Counted from the first letter of the whole stretch, positions 49,526-62,260 are shown. The stretch: 63,371 nucleotides of DNA, filler included, from Octopus bimaculoides (GCF_001194135.2; 6 parts of 5 records of this genome joined end to end with filler, not necessarily neighbours in it), one strand, 5' to 3'. Notes: generated by a model from the letters alone, not told the origin. Made by a program: numbers and translations.

Positions 49526-50532
49526 TACAAGATTCCCCACTGCTTCAGTCCTTTCTCAGCAGTGTTACTGTTCATCGATACATAGACCCGGGAATTCTCC
49601 TATTATGTTGCCTGTTGTGGTAGATATCTGCCAAGTGGTCTCCAAGCAAAGATTGTGCAGATCATAAATCCATGCGCCCACCAAAGACTGAAGTGTGGCT
49701 TTGTTACCACGTTACGCTCTGCCACTGAACCCCATTGAACTGCTTTCTTCCCGTTCACTCTTGAGTACGCGCCTCGGCTCTAACAATGCCGTCTTCGTAT
49801 TTGAAGAATTGTTCCAGGGGTAATGTGTTTATTGTAACACTTGTGTATTGGTGTTTCATTAAATACTTATTGTTTGTGTCTGTGGCTGTGTAGTTGATGA
49901 TGATTTTTGTTTGATTGGTTTAGGGGTGCTGTTCATGCTGTCAGTGTAAATTAGTATGTGTTTTCGTTGGGAAATATTTCCACACACACACACACACACA
50001 CATCGTTAGTTCCGTCTACCAAATTTACTCTCAAGGCTTTGGTTGACACGGGCCTATAATAGAAGAGACTTGCCAAAGGTGATGCGTAGCGGCTCTAAAC
50101 TCAATCATACCTGCTCTTATATGTGTATGTTTTACATAAATTTATGTTCTTTATCTTTTTTCTTTTACTTGTTTCAGTTATTTGACTGCGTCTTTCTTTA
50201 TAACAATTTTATTGACAGTAACTTGGAAGTTTCACCAGATATGTTTGACTCAAACCGTAAAATTTGAGTTTAAGTATCATTCTCTTCTCTTTCGGAGAGA
50301 ACGGAAAAATTAATTTGAATAGCTGGAAGGAAGATAGTAATTATGTTAGTGGGAAATATTTAGTTTGGGATGAAGAATGTGGGAGTGAGGGAGACCTGAC
50401 AAAAGTAATATATTTCAAAGTCAGGGTTTGTGAAGTAATCGTAGCAGATATTGCAAATTTTTATCTTGATTTGGGCACGAAAGTGGATAGTTAACTTTAC
50501 TCGCCCACCTCAACATTCGTGCACTTTTGCAG

Positions 50533-50569
<37 letters not shown>

Positions 50570-50659
50570 TCATTACTGGATATAGTATATATAGTCCTGC
50601 ATATAAAAACTTACTCGCGCATAAATACAAGCGTCTACACAAGCAAACACGCATTCTAT

Positions 50660-51360
50660 GAAGGCGCGAAGTTTGGTAGTTTGTGGTGTTCAGCTCACGA
50701 CCGTAAAGTTGTGTTTTCGATTCTCGGCGGTACGTTATGTCATTGAGCAAGACGCTTTATTTTACATTGCTCCAGTCTACTAAGCTGGCAAAAATGAGTT
50801 GAATCTGCAATTCATAGGGCCAGCCTTGTCACATTCTGTATTGCGCTGGATTTCTCTAAGAACTATGTTAAGTGTGTGGAGGCGCAATGGCCCAGCGGTT
50901 AGGGCAGCGGACTCGCGGTCTTACGATCGCGGTTTCGTATTCCCAGACCGGACGGTGTGAGTGTTTATTGAGCTAAAACAGCAGGGGATGTGGTGGCGAA
51001 CCCTGCTGTACTCTTTCACCACAACTTTCACTCTTTCTTCCTGTTTTTGTTGTACCTGTATTTCGAAGGGCCAGCCTTGTCACACTCTGCGTCACGCTGA
51101 ATCTCCCCGAGAACTACGTCAAGGGTACACGTGTCTGTGGAGTGCTCAGCCACTTACACGTTAATTTCACGAGCAGGCTGTTCCGTTGATCGGATCAACT
51201 GGAACCCTTGTCGTTGTAACCGACGGAGTACCACAACGATGTTAAGGGTACATATGTCTCTGTACCCTTAACTATACCACTTGCATGTTAATTTCACGAG
51301 CAGGCTATTCCGTTGACCAGATTAACTGGAACTCTTGTCGTCGTAACCGACGGAGTGCCA
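50660..51360 (+). mobile_element. Old C/D-hybrid SINE interrupted by a younger family D copy (50873-51238)
   Basis: The host runs to ...aagaactATGTTAAG (50865-50872) and resumes at ATGTTAAGggtaca (51239-51246), with a complete D element between. Confidence 0.8.
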
Positions 51361-51729
51361 GGGTTTAAATGTTTTTATCTATATTAATATACGCACATAG
51401 TAGATGCACATATACGGATACACATTACATACGGAACACAGATAGAAGTATATATTTACCAGTACCTTATATTTAAGGACTGGTTTTCCTAAATACCTTA
51501 GCCCATTGATGTCTATGAATATTCTTTTTATACGTAAAACGCTCCCTATTTTAATCATTCCCTTGAGCAGTTTTGTATCGGGGTCACTACAATTATGACA
51601 ATTTCTTTGAATATCACTCCTTCAAATGGTACCAGCTTTGGTACTATAAAAGAATGTTCATTTTATTTCTTTATTATTTCGCTCATAGAGTACTATATAA
51701 ATACATGCATACGTAAATACATATATATC

Positions 51730-51930
51730 TTTTAATTGTTTCAGTTATTAAACTGCGGTCACACTGAGGCACCACCTTGAAGAATTTTTAGTTAAATGAA
51801 TCGAGCCTAGGACTTATTTTGCCGAACTGTTAAGTTATGGGGACGTTAACAAACCAACGCCGGTTGTCAAGCAGTAGTAAGGGACAAACATATGCACAAA
51901 GACACGACTGGCTTCTTTCAGTTTTCATTT
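51730..51930 (-). mobile_element. SINE family A, internally deleted
   Basis: ttgtttcagttattaaactgcggtc...ccggttgtcaagc...ggcttctttcagtttt. Confidence 0.7.
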
Positions 51931-51997
51931 ACCAAATCCACTCTCAGAACAATGATACTGAACCCCAAACCATAAACCATTTTAAACCATAGAGCCA

Positions 51998-52045
<48 letters not shown>

Positions 52046-52104
52046 CCTCCCTCGCCATACAGACACACATGCATACACGCGCGCGCGCGCACACTTTTAA
52101 ATTC

Positions 52105-52260
52105 GAGCTTGGGTGTTTGGAAAGCTGTTTGCTTCCCAACCACATAGTACCGAGTTGAGTTCTACTGTGTCTCTTGGCTAAGTATCTTCAACTATAGCCA
52201 TGGGCCGACCAAAGCCTTGTGAATGGATTTTGTTGACAGAAACTGAGAGAAGGCCCTGTG
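52105..52260 (+). mobile_element. SINE family A 5' half
   Basis: agctgtttgcttcccaaccaca...ctatagccatgggccgaccaaagccttgtgaatggattt. Confidence 0.7.
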
Positions 52261-52566
52261 TGTGTGTGTGCTTGAGCGCGCGCGTGCGTGTGCGTATGCG
52301 TGCGTGTGTGTGTGCACATGCTAGGGCACCACCCTACAAGGTTTAGTCAAACAAATTGACCCCAGCACTTTCTTTTTAAAGTCTAGTACTTATTCGCTCG
52401 ATCTCTTTTGTCGAGCTGTTGTGAAGCGGTGGTTGTGAAGCGGTGGTCCTTGGGAACAAACTTGGACACAAAAACACACACTCACATATATACATGCATA
52501 TTTTCGTACATTCATACATACATATTCACACACACACACATATATTTATATATATATATATATCTA

Positions 52567-52611
52567 TCTATATATATAAAAATGAGAATGTGTGTCTGTC
52601 TGTCTGTCTGT
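52567..52611 (+). mobile_element. Helitron-like 5' terminus (truncated at a gap)
   Basis: A|TCTATATATATAAAAATGAGAATGTG followed by (TCTG)n, the usual layout of a non-autonomous Helitron 5' end. Confidence 0.5.
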
Positions 52612-52711
52612 NNNNNNNNNNNNNNNNNNNNNNNNNNNNNNNNNNNNNNNNNNNNTTAATTAATTAANNNNNNNNNNNNNNNNNNNNNNNNNNNNNNNNN
52701 NNNNNNNNNNN

Positions 52712-52759
<48 letters not shown>

Positions 52760-53429
52760 TATGTGTGTGCATATATATATAAATGATGGGCTTCCATACA
52801 ATTTCCGTCTACCGAATCCACTTACAAGGCATTGGTTGCTCCTAGGCTTTAGTAGAAGTCATTTCCCCAATGTGCCACGCAGAAGGATTTAACCGGGATT
52901 CACGTGATTGCACGCCTGCTCTAATTTACATTAATTTTTCTTATCTTTCTCTGGTCCATAAGACTAAGTACCTGTCAATCACAGAGATCAATAATCGATT
53001 GTTTCTTGTCATTAAAAATATAAGTATGTAGCTATGTTTAAAATCAATACTTATTCAGTGCCCATGTTAAAGTATTTGACATTAGAGAGATAAATATAAG
53101 TAATATTTTAATATATGCACCAAAAATATAATTTGTGTGGGGACGTAAATTGTATTGTATTGATTTCGAGATTGATTGGTACACGTTTATCGACTCGAGG
53201 AACCGCATTTCTGTGCGATATTTGAATATCGAATACAAATAGAGGTAACTAAACGCAGTAAGGCAATATATTCTGTCCTTCAGTTGATTCTGTTGTTCCT
53301 CCAGCACTGACATTGTGAATAACAAAATGCAATTAAAATTCGAGTATGTTGACCGGCGTTTTATTCATGTTGGATGACTAAATCAAGCATATATAAAAGG
53401 AATATGATTTTCCTCCAACGACAGGCAAT

Positions 53430-53737
53430 GAAGGCGTATGGCTCAATGATTAGAGCGTCGGGCTCACAATCATGAGATAGCGAGTTCGGTTCCCGGACCG
53501 AGCTATGTGTTGTGTTCTTGAGCAGAAATGAATTGCGACGTCACTGGTGCCAGGATATGTTGGCCTTTGCCTTTGCCTTGGATAACATCAGTGACTTGGC
53601 ATGGAGAGGGAAGGCTGGTATGGATGGGCGACTACTGGTTTTCCATAAACAACATTGCTCTGACTTGTGTCTTGGAGGGGAACTTTCTAGGTGCAATCTC
53701 GTGGTTATCCTTGACTGAAGCGGGGTCTTTATCCTTT
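53430..53737 (+). mobile_element. SINE family C
   Basis: gaaggcgtatggctcaatgattagagcgtcgggctcac...aactttctaggtgcaatc...gaagcggggtcttt. Confidence 0.85.
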
Positions 53738-53744
53738 TTATGAT

Positions 53745-53942
53745 AGGCAGAAGACGTGGAAGTTTGTGGGAGGCGAAGATTACTCGATTATATCGACCCT
53801 AGTACTCATATGGTACTTATTTTATCAAGCCTAAAAGGATGAAAAGAAGAGTTGACCTCAGAGGAATTTTGAGCTCAGAACGTAGAACTGGGAGGAAATA
53901 TCACTAAGCCTTTGACCGACAAGCTAATGATTCTACCAGCTA
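53745..53942 (-). mobile_element. SINE family B (old)
   Basis: ggtacttattttatcaagcctaaaaggatgaaa...gttgacctcagaggaattttgagctcagaacgt. Confidence 0.7.
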
Positions 53943-54206
53943 GGGTTATCTTTGTTAAAAAGCTCGTTTTATTAGTTATATGAGACTCTACCGTATAATT
54001 AAATACATCAAGGATTTTTGTCAGTTGTCAAGTGGTAGATAGACATACATATGTGTGCGAATATACATGTGTGTGTGTGTGTGTGTAAGAAGGCTCCTTT
54101 CAGTGAAAGACACTGCTACGCAGTAGGGCTGAACCTGAATGCAAATGATGTGAAAGAAAACTTCTTACCAGAAAGCTTTGCGTTCGCTTGTAAAATGGGA
54201 GTCGAT

Positions 54207-54288
54207 TAGCAGCGATAGGATTCGTTCCCACACCTCCAAAGAGACTGGTGTCTTAAACCAGCGACTTAGACCGCTCGACTATGCTGCC
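54207..54288 (-). pseudogene. tRNA-Leu(AAG) pseudogene
   Basis: 82-nt GGCAGCATAGTCGAGCGGTCTAAGTCGCTGGTTTAAGACACCAGTCTCTTTGGAGGTGTGGGAACGAATCCTATCGCTGCTA has a class II cloverleaf with anticodon arm CTGGT-TTAAGAC-ACCAG. The T-loop is GGAACGA instead of GGTTCGA, and there is an acceptor-stem mismatch. A TTTT tract lies just downstream. Confidence 0.85.
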
Positions 54289-55285
54289 ACGTATTGTAAG
54301 CGTAGTTCTGAAGGACAGTTATGATTATAATGAAATTGCATATAAAAGTCTTATAATTTCTGAGGAACACTTCTTGCCTTTTCAGATGTTAGCCCCGGTG
54401 ATATAGTTGTCTCTTTTCTTGTATGTAAGCTTGTGTCCATGGAAGACCACAAAACATATTCGTGCGTAAATAAATATGATTTCGACAGAGGTTAAAATCA
54501 CTTTGTTCGATACATCCGACTCGTCTATTCATCTTATTTTATATAGAGCGGACATTTTTGTTTTCAAACGATTAATTTTCTTTACAAAATTTGAAAACCA
54601 AAAATTACTTTCTTTAACATTTAAATTTCAAAGTATTTCCCATGTTTTGGTCATCATTTTATTTTGTTTAGTCTCGTCTATTTTTACTTTTATTTTATTT
54701 TATTTTTAACGTTTATGTCTTTCTGTTTATTGGCATGATATTTTTTTGTAGCAATGGTTTAGTAGCTTATAAAATTGTTAAATTTTATTCATATTCTATT
54801 GAGAAGCAGGTAAAAAAAAATCAATTTCCCCATACATGTATTAAAAAAATTCAGACATATTTTTCTTCAAAATGCAAACACCAAAGGTTAATTGCGACGG
54901 AATCAAAATTGCAGAGGACAAAAAGATAATCCTCGTTGTTTATCATGATTTTTCGTTTTGTTTTTTATTTAGTTTTTTCACAATTTCTTTTTTTATATTT
55001 TGTTGGTATGTTTGCTATTTCTGTCTGATTAATATGGTAGCTATAGAGAAAAGATCAAAGACGAATGTTAGTATAAATTTTCATTACTAGTTCTAGAGTC
55101 ATAATATTACTTAGTATAGATTTTAAAAATTGTCTGCTGAAAATGTGTTCATTGAATTACTTTCTTTAGAAACTAATATGACGTCACACAACTCACTACT
55201 TGTTACATGATCAGATAAATGCGGATCATTTCTTTGAAATATGACGTGAGTAATACTTCAAAGATGTCTACTCACAAACATGCAG

Positions 55286-55322
<37 letters not shown>

Positions 55323-55344
55323 TACAGAGAGAGAGAGAGAGAAT

Positions 55345-55355
55345 ATATATATTCG

Positions 55356-55427
<72 letters not shown>

Positions 55428-55513
55428 GTTAGGGTTAGGATTAGGGCTAGGGTGAATGGATGGATGGATGGATGGATGGATGGATGGATGGATGGATGGA
55501 CTGACAGACAAAC

Positions 55514-55607
<94 letters not shown>

Positions 55608-55610
55608 CGG
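55345..55610. repeat. Compound (GATA)n(GACA)n-(TTAGGG-like)4-(GGAT)n(GACA)n(GATA)n array
   Basis: Direct inspection. Confidence 0.9.
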
Positions 55611-57383
55611 AATGATATTTATAGTTCTTATTTGCGTATTCATATACTTTGCAGTCGTTAATATTAATTCTTTCTTTTGATGACTCTGCTCCTACACATC
55701 TCATTATATAAATAAATATCCAATCGTTGTTGTTGACCTTGAAACTAAGTGATATAAACGAACTCATAAAAATAGAGTCTGAGATACAGATAAAATATAG
55801 TATATTTTGTAGTATTTTATCTGCAGGAGAAATTTAGGTTCATGCATTTTTACCGAGGGAAATCAAGTGGAAAAATTTGATTCGTTTTGAGAAAACGAGC
55901 TTAATTTGTGAAGAAAAATGTTCTTCAATTCGTATGATTGCAACATGTAAAAACGTTTTCTTGCTACCAAAAATATTATACGGAAACAAGCATACTTTTA
56001 CGAACTCTAAACAGTAAAAAGTAAACATATTGAATTTCTCAATAGAAAACAGTATTTTATAATCAGAAAAATGCTTATTATGTGACTAAAATAGACAGTC
56101 ATTTGCTCGAATGACGATGGTTGTAACAACGGTAGCAATAACACAAACGTGTGTTTTACCAGGCAAAGGAATAAAGAGAAAGTTTGAATTGAAAGATAAG
56201 TAAAGACGAGCTCCCTTTCTTTTGCGCGTTAAAGCAGTTTCAAATTAAAGGGCTCTGGATATGAATTGTCTGAGAGAAAAGAGTCGGCCTGGTAGAGTTG
56301 GGTGACAAGAGGTGGTGTAGCTGTACTGCAGTTCTTGTCAAACAGTGTGAAGAAAGACGATATCCTACCGCTGCATCTCGAAAAATACAGGTGATATTTT
56401 CAAGCCATCAAAAGCCAATTAGCCCTTGTCCGACGTGTGGAAGAATGTCTTCCCCATTGACTGAAGTCGATATACAAAACGGACGACAAGGTGAAAAAGT
56501 ATACCATTCTAGAAGCTCTTAACACATTTTTTAGACGACTTTATCTAGGACAGAGATAAAGTATATCGTTTATCAGATTGTTATAACAATGAAGAAAATT
56601 GTTGGATCATAATGAAAGTAGTAGAAATTTGTTTTTGAGTGTGGAACATAAAGAGTTAGGTACTGAGGCACCTTACGAGCAGATGCTATTCACCGGAGTA
56701 ACGAAAAGGAGATATAAGGTCGGATGGGGTTTATATGGTTATGCAAATCTGATAACTACCAAAGTCCACGAAAGATTTCTGAAGCTGCTCCGTGTCCTGA
56801 GTTCAGAAAGAAAAAATTGAGTGTAGTAAGTCAAGACCAAAACACAAGCCGCTACACACGTCGAAGTAAATATAACAGGCTAACTTGCGTGCACCCGAAA
56901 TATAGCCTGTCACTTGCTGTAAGACTATGTTACCAATTACATCATATGTCGCTAACCTCCGCTTCTCTTTTCCTTTATCTATCTGTCTATCTCTGCAATT
57001 AGATGTTTAAATCATCTTTTTCTCTTATTTTCATCTTTAAAAAAGGATTAATGTTAATTATAATAAAAACAAAATCATATTTTAAAATAACCACTATAAC
57101 ACAAAACATCTAGTACGTCACGTTTGTAGAATCGTGCGAGGTAATAAAAAAAATAGAACGAAAGACAGTTTACAATACAAAGACGCCTCATCTGTACATA
57201 TTGCTCAACTACAGAGATTTTAATGAAAATTTTAAACGCATGTATACATTGCTTTGTGCCGATATGTGAACACGTATTGTTTACCAACTGTCTTCAGTGT
57301 AACGCAGTGTGTCGCAGGCATGATATGCACGACTCTTTGGAGAGGTTGAATAGATATTTCTAACATTAACTGATTTCGTCTAG

Positions 57384-57397
57384 AAAGAGAGAGAAAA

Positions 57398-57465
<68 letters not shown>
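57384..57465. repeat. (GAAA)n microsatellite
   Basis: Direct inspection. Confidence 0.9.
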
Positions 57466-57932
57466 GGAAGAGACCAACCGACACTAGTACATGACTAGTG
57501 TTTCATTTATCAACTCTGAAAAGGTGGAGAGTGAAGTTGACTTCGGTTTGATCCTAACACAGAAGGTGCAGAGACGAAACTTAGATCGCATTATCTATAC
57601 ATATACATACTACACACACACATACACACACACATACACACATATATGTACACATATACATATGTATATGTTTGTACATACATATATGTGTATGATGGAG
57701 GTGACAACTTTGCTGTTTCAAACGAATGAATGCCATAAAATAACTTCCTTTGGCGCACGCACACACACACATACACACACACACACACACGCACACACTC
57801 TAGGTAAAACTCCTGTACAAATTATACTATTTCTTGCTGTGTGCACGCGCAAAATTACAGCTCAAATCCAATTGAAATTACCTTTTTCTGTTCAGCAATT
57901 CGTGTTTGTGATGAGCGTATTTAAAAACCTGA

Positions 57933-58957
57933 TCTTCGATATAAGCTTAAAAGGAAGTTTTCTCAGAAATCCTGTCCTTTACCTGTTGTTTCTAGTGTGT
58001 CCAAGGTGACATTTTCGCTCTTCACACTTATTTGTTTCCTAAATTTCTTCGGATTCCTAGGTTTTCGATAGAGGAGATAACCATTTCGCCCAAATATCAC
58101 ATTTTCTATTCCAATTTTCACTCCTCACAACCCCAATTTCTTCATTTTTACTTTTTCCAAATTTTTTTCTTTGTAATCCACGGAGAAAAACAGAGAGTAT
58201 AAATCTTTAAGAATTTTCTTTTACTTAAAGAAATACTAAAATCTCCTTCCCAAACATCCACCCATCGCCTCACCACTTTCAAAAAGCTACAAACTCCCAA
58301 TGTTTCCTTTTAGCTTTTTGGAAAGTGGTGAAGCTTCTTCAAAAATGTCGTTTACCAGTTGTTTCTGGCCTGTCGGGTTTTCTGGTAGAGGTCTGATATC
58401 TTCTTACGTCTGCTATTTCAGTACAATTCTACGCATGCGTGAACCATCAGACGAAAGTGAAACATTGGGAGGTTTTAGCTTTTTGAAAGTGGGTAGGTGA
58501 TGGGCAAGCGAGATGAAGGAAGGAGCATTGAGTTTTTCTTAGGAAAATTAAACTTTAAAAATATATATATATTTCCCAAATTTGAAATCTTTGTATTTTT
58601 CTTCGTGGATAAAAAAAAAATTCGAAACAGTTACAAATTAAGAAATTGCGGTGGAGACGGGGAAGAAATTAAAATTTTGAAAACATGATTTCTGGGCAAA
58701 ATCGTATTAACCACCTTTTATACGGTGAAACAATACACAGTTTGTGATCCTTCCTAAGAACAGAAAGCACTTTCATGCAAACCCATGCAAATTTTACCCT
58801 CTTCCCTCTTCACTTTTAAACAAACAATAACTTCCATTACGCCAGTAATCCAATTCACTATATATCAGCTGTGCCGATTCTACTCATATGAAAGGAATAA
58901 ATAATACAATGTGGCTGTAGTTCATAACACCCGGGCAACGCCTGGATACATTGCTAG
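57933..58957 (+). mobile_element. Non-autonomous Helitron with a long internal palindrome (5' boundary tentative)
   Basis: 3' hairpin CCGGGCAACGCCTGG (58931-58945), then CTAG|T (58954-58957). Candidate 5' end A|TCTTCGATATAAGCTT at 57933. Confidence 0.6.
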
Positions 58958-59609
58958 TATATAATATAAGACAGTATTATATACAAGTTGCGGCTACCTA
59001 AGCTATCACATATATATACAAGTGGACAACCAAAAGAAAGAAGCACTCAACGCATTTATTAGGAATTAAATATATTGGATTCAAACTTTGGTCAAAGAGC
59101 AGCAATTCTGGGGTAAGGGTTAATTCGATTACATCGACTCCAGTGCAAAACTGGTACTTATTTTATTGATCTCGAGAGCAAAGTTGACTTCGGCGACTTT
59201 ACCTTTTGATTCGAGCCCTATGCAACTCTTGTATGCTCCTTACAAATACCTACCTCAGATGTGACCGGTTTCTGTCAGGAGACCATGAAACTTTGAGTTG
59301 TATGGGGGCCGAATCTGTGTGGCTGTGTTGTAAGAATTTTGCTTCTCAGCTACATGGTGCCGGGTTCAATTCCACTGCTTCGGAGAATGTAATTGTAACG
59401 ATTAGCGTCGTGAAATGTAACCATAACGATTAACGATAGTTATTTTATCGATCCTGAAAAAATGAAGACTTTGCCGTTTGATTCGGTCCCAGACAAGTTA
59501 GTCTCGTGCGCTCCTTACAAAAACCTAGATCAGGCGGCTGCCTCATTCCGACGAGATCGGTTTCTGTAAGGAGACCACGTAACTTTAAGTTTATAAGGGC
59601 CGAATTTGT

Positions 59610-59765
59610 GTGGCTGTATTGTAGGAAGTTTGCTTCCCAGCCACTTGGTACCGGGATCACTCTCACTGCGTGGCACTTTGGGTTAATGTCCACAACTATA
59701 GGTTCGGACCGATCAGTCTTGTGAGTGCATTTGGCAGATGGAAACTGAAAGAAGACCATCGTATT
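59610..59765 (+). mobile_element. SINE family A 5' half
   Basis: gtggctgtattgtaggaagtttgcttcccagccac...ggaaactgaaagaagaccatcgtat. Confidence 0.7.
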
Positions 59766-59797
59766 TCTTATAGCGGTGACGAGTGACAATTCTGTAG

Positions 59798-59881
<84 letters not shown>
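59798..59881. repeat. (AAT)n microsatellite
   Basis: Direct inspection. Confidence 0.95.
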
Positions 59882-59981
59882 NNNNNNNNNNNNNNNNNNN
59901 NNNNNNNNNNNNNNNNNNNNNNNNNTTAATTAATTAANNNNNNNNNNNNNNNNNNNNNNNNNNNNNNNNNNNNNNNNNNNN

Positions 59982-60023
<42 letters not shown>

Positions 60024-60484
60024 TTCACACATGTATGCATGTTAGCCCGTCAGTCTATCTATCTAAATACATGCGCGCGCGCACACACACACATATACAT
60101 ACACACACGCACGCACACACATACGCGCGCACACACACATATTTATACTTACATATGTAGACGCACATTCACATATATGCGTGTGTGTATTAATGTGTAT
60201 ACGTAAAATCAACTTGTTCAGAGAGTCCTTGTTTGAAAACATACTCAGACGCGAAAAGACATGAGAACAAAAAGGTTATTTTTTTCTATTATTTGCTCAA
60301 TCCTTTCTTTACTATGGTATTGTCAACATAATATATATTTCAGAAACGTAATGTATTGGTCAGTCGTTGTTTCAAATGCTTTTAAGAAAAAGTAGAAAAC
60401 TGAAAGATAGTGACATCCACAACTTCATATCTTGTTATTCCAGTGAAGCACAAGAAAAAGCATAAAATGACATACATCTACACA

Positions 60485-60516
<32 letters not shown>

Positions 60517-60723
60517 AATATACACATATAGGATGCACATGCGCACATACACATACATACTTATGTAGTGAAAGGTGTGAAAATGTATTAATAATATTAT
60601 AATATATCATTTATAGATATCCCAATATATACTATTTTGAATATATTCTCTACATACCAACAGAAAATGTCTTTTCTCTAACCTTGTTGGTTAGATAACT
60701 AAATCATAATTACATTGCACATG

Positions 60724-60930
60724 AAGGCGGTGTGCTGTCAGAATTGTTAGCACATCGGGCAAAATACTTAGCAGCATTTCGTTCGTCTTAATGTTCTGAG
60801 TTCAAATTCCACGGAGGCCAACTTTACCTATCGTTCTTTCGGGGTCGATAAAATAAGTACCAGTTGATTACTGGGTCGATGCAATCGACGTGCTTCCTGC
60901 ACTGAAATTTTGTACCAGAATTTGAAACCA
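60724..60930 (+). mobile_element. SINE family B
   Basis: gaaggcggtgtgctgtcagaattgttagcac...cggggtcgataaaataagtaccag. Confidence 0.8.
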
Positions 60931-61329
60931 ATAACTACATAGCACATGGGATGTGAGTACATACTTGAAATATGGTAGAATTCAGGCAATAATACGACAG
61001 TGCTTAATTCACAAGTTCAAAGTCTCGTCTACTTGAGTTTGTAACTATTGTACATATACGTCTGTCTTGTTATATATTAAATGGACTATTTCTCTTAAAA
61101 TGAAATGATTAGCAAGATTTAAAGTCTAAGTATTGGTGTGTGACGAAGTAGTTGCAGTACAGATCGGATGTAAAAGTCTCATTTTCTTTAATTATCAAAA
61201 TGCCAAGAAATAGAAGTTTCCTTTCATTTATTCGAAATTAGACCAATTTCTGAATTCTATTGATGTGTAATAGTCATCCAGGAATCTTTTTCAGTTTCCT
61301 TTTCAGTAGGAGTAGAAAAGCTTATCAAA

Positions 61330-62260
61330 AGTAATTGCATATCAAGCATAGATTTTTTTCTTCTGGGAATCCCATGAACAGTGATGCAAACATGGGTGCA
61401 ACTTTCAGACCCATTGCCACCCTTTTACCGAAAAAGAAATAATTTTCTAACACCAATTGTAATCCTTCAAGTAGGAATTGTTTTTAAAAACCTCTCCTGA
61501 ATTATGCTTAGGTATTTGTCTATCTAGAATCCCACAACTTCCAATCCTAATCCATAGGGGATATTTGTGCAGAGGCTGGTCAGAAGGAAACTAACCAGTA
61601 TTGTCTCTATTTTTATAGTTTCTGGAACGTGGTCCAGGAAATCTCTGTCATCTCGGATGAAGCTAGGAATCAGTTTCCATAATAGTTTTAATCTGATGTC
61701 CAGCATATTGCTTTAATCATTGGTATGATTTTGGTCATACAACAACTGGGCCTAATTTTAAATCAGACGATTTAGGAAGTTATATCTATAATGTATGGAG
61801 GTCCTTTAAGCTGTCCTGGATTTCGTCAGATTTATGAATTTTCGGTAGTCCATAAATGTTGCTTTGTTTTACCTCAAAATTAGTTAAGTGGACCAATTCA
61901 TTTGCCGTTAAATTGTTTTTGAATGTGTCCATTAATTTATCAGTTTTGTTCATTGTTTATCTGCATTTTAAGAGATTTCCTGTAATGGATCTTATCCATA
62001 ATTGTAACGACCTCACCTTTGTCAACTTCTTTAATGGTTATAGAGAAAGCTTTCTGCAGACTATGGCTTTTAATATTTTGTAATGTTTTATTTTATATAA
62101 TTTCAATTTGATGATTTTTCAGAAATGTTATATATTCTTATATGTGGTTATTCCTGTTCATCGGGTGTTTAAATTCTGTTTTTTTTTTATTATAAGTGAT
62201 GGATCTATGCAGTCCTTTCTTTTCGGAAAATTCCCATAGATAAGGTTTTCGACAGGCTTC
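61330..62260 (-). mobile_element. Penelope-like element RT relic
   Basis: ITIKEVDKGEVVTIMDK; GLPKIHKS; LDIRLKLLWKLIPSFIRDDRDFLDHVP...SFLLTSLCTNIP; GVAMGLKVAPMFASLFMG. These are PLE RT motifs with many lesions. Confidence 0.85.

Noticed and set aside
56298-57002. Short ORFs in unique-looking sequence (74, 73 and 92 aa)
   Set aside because: No recognisable motifs and no consistent splice sites or frame. These lengths are compatible with chance.
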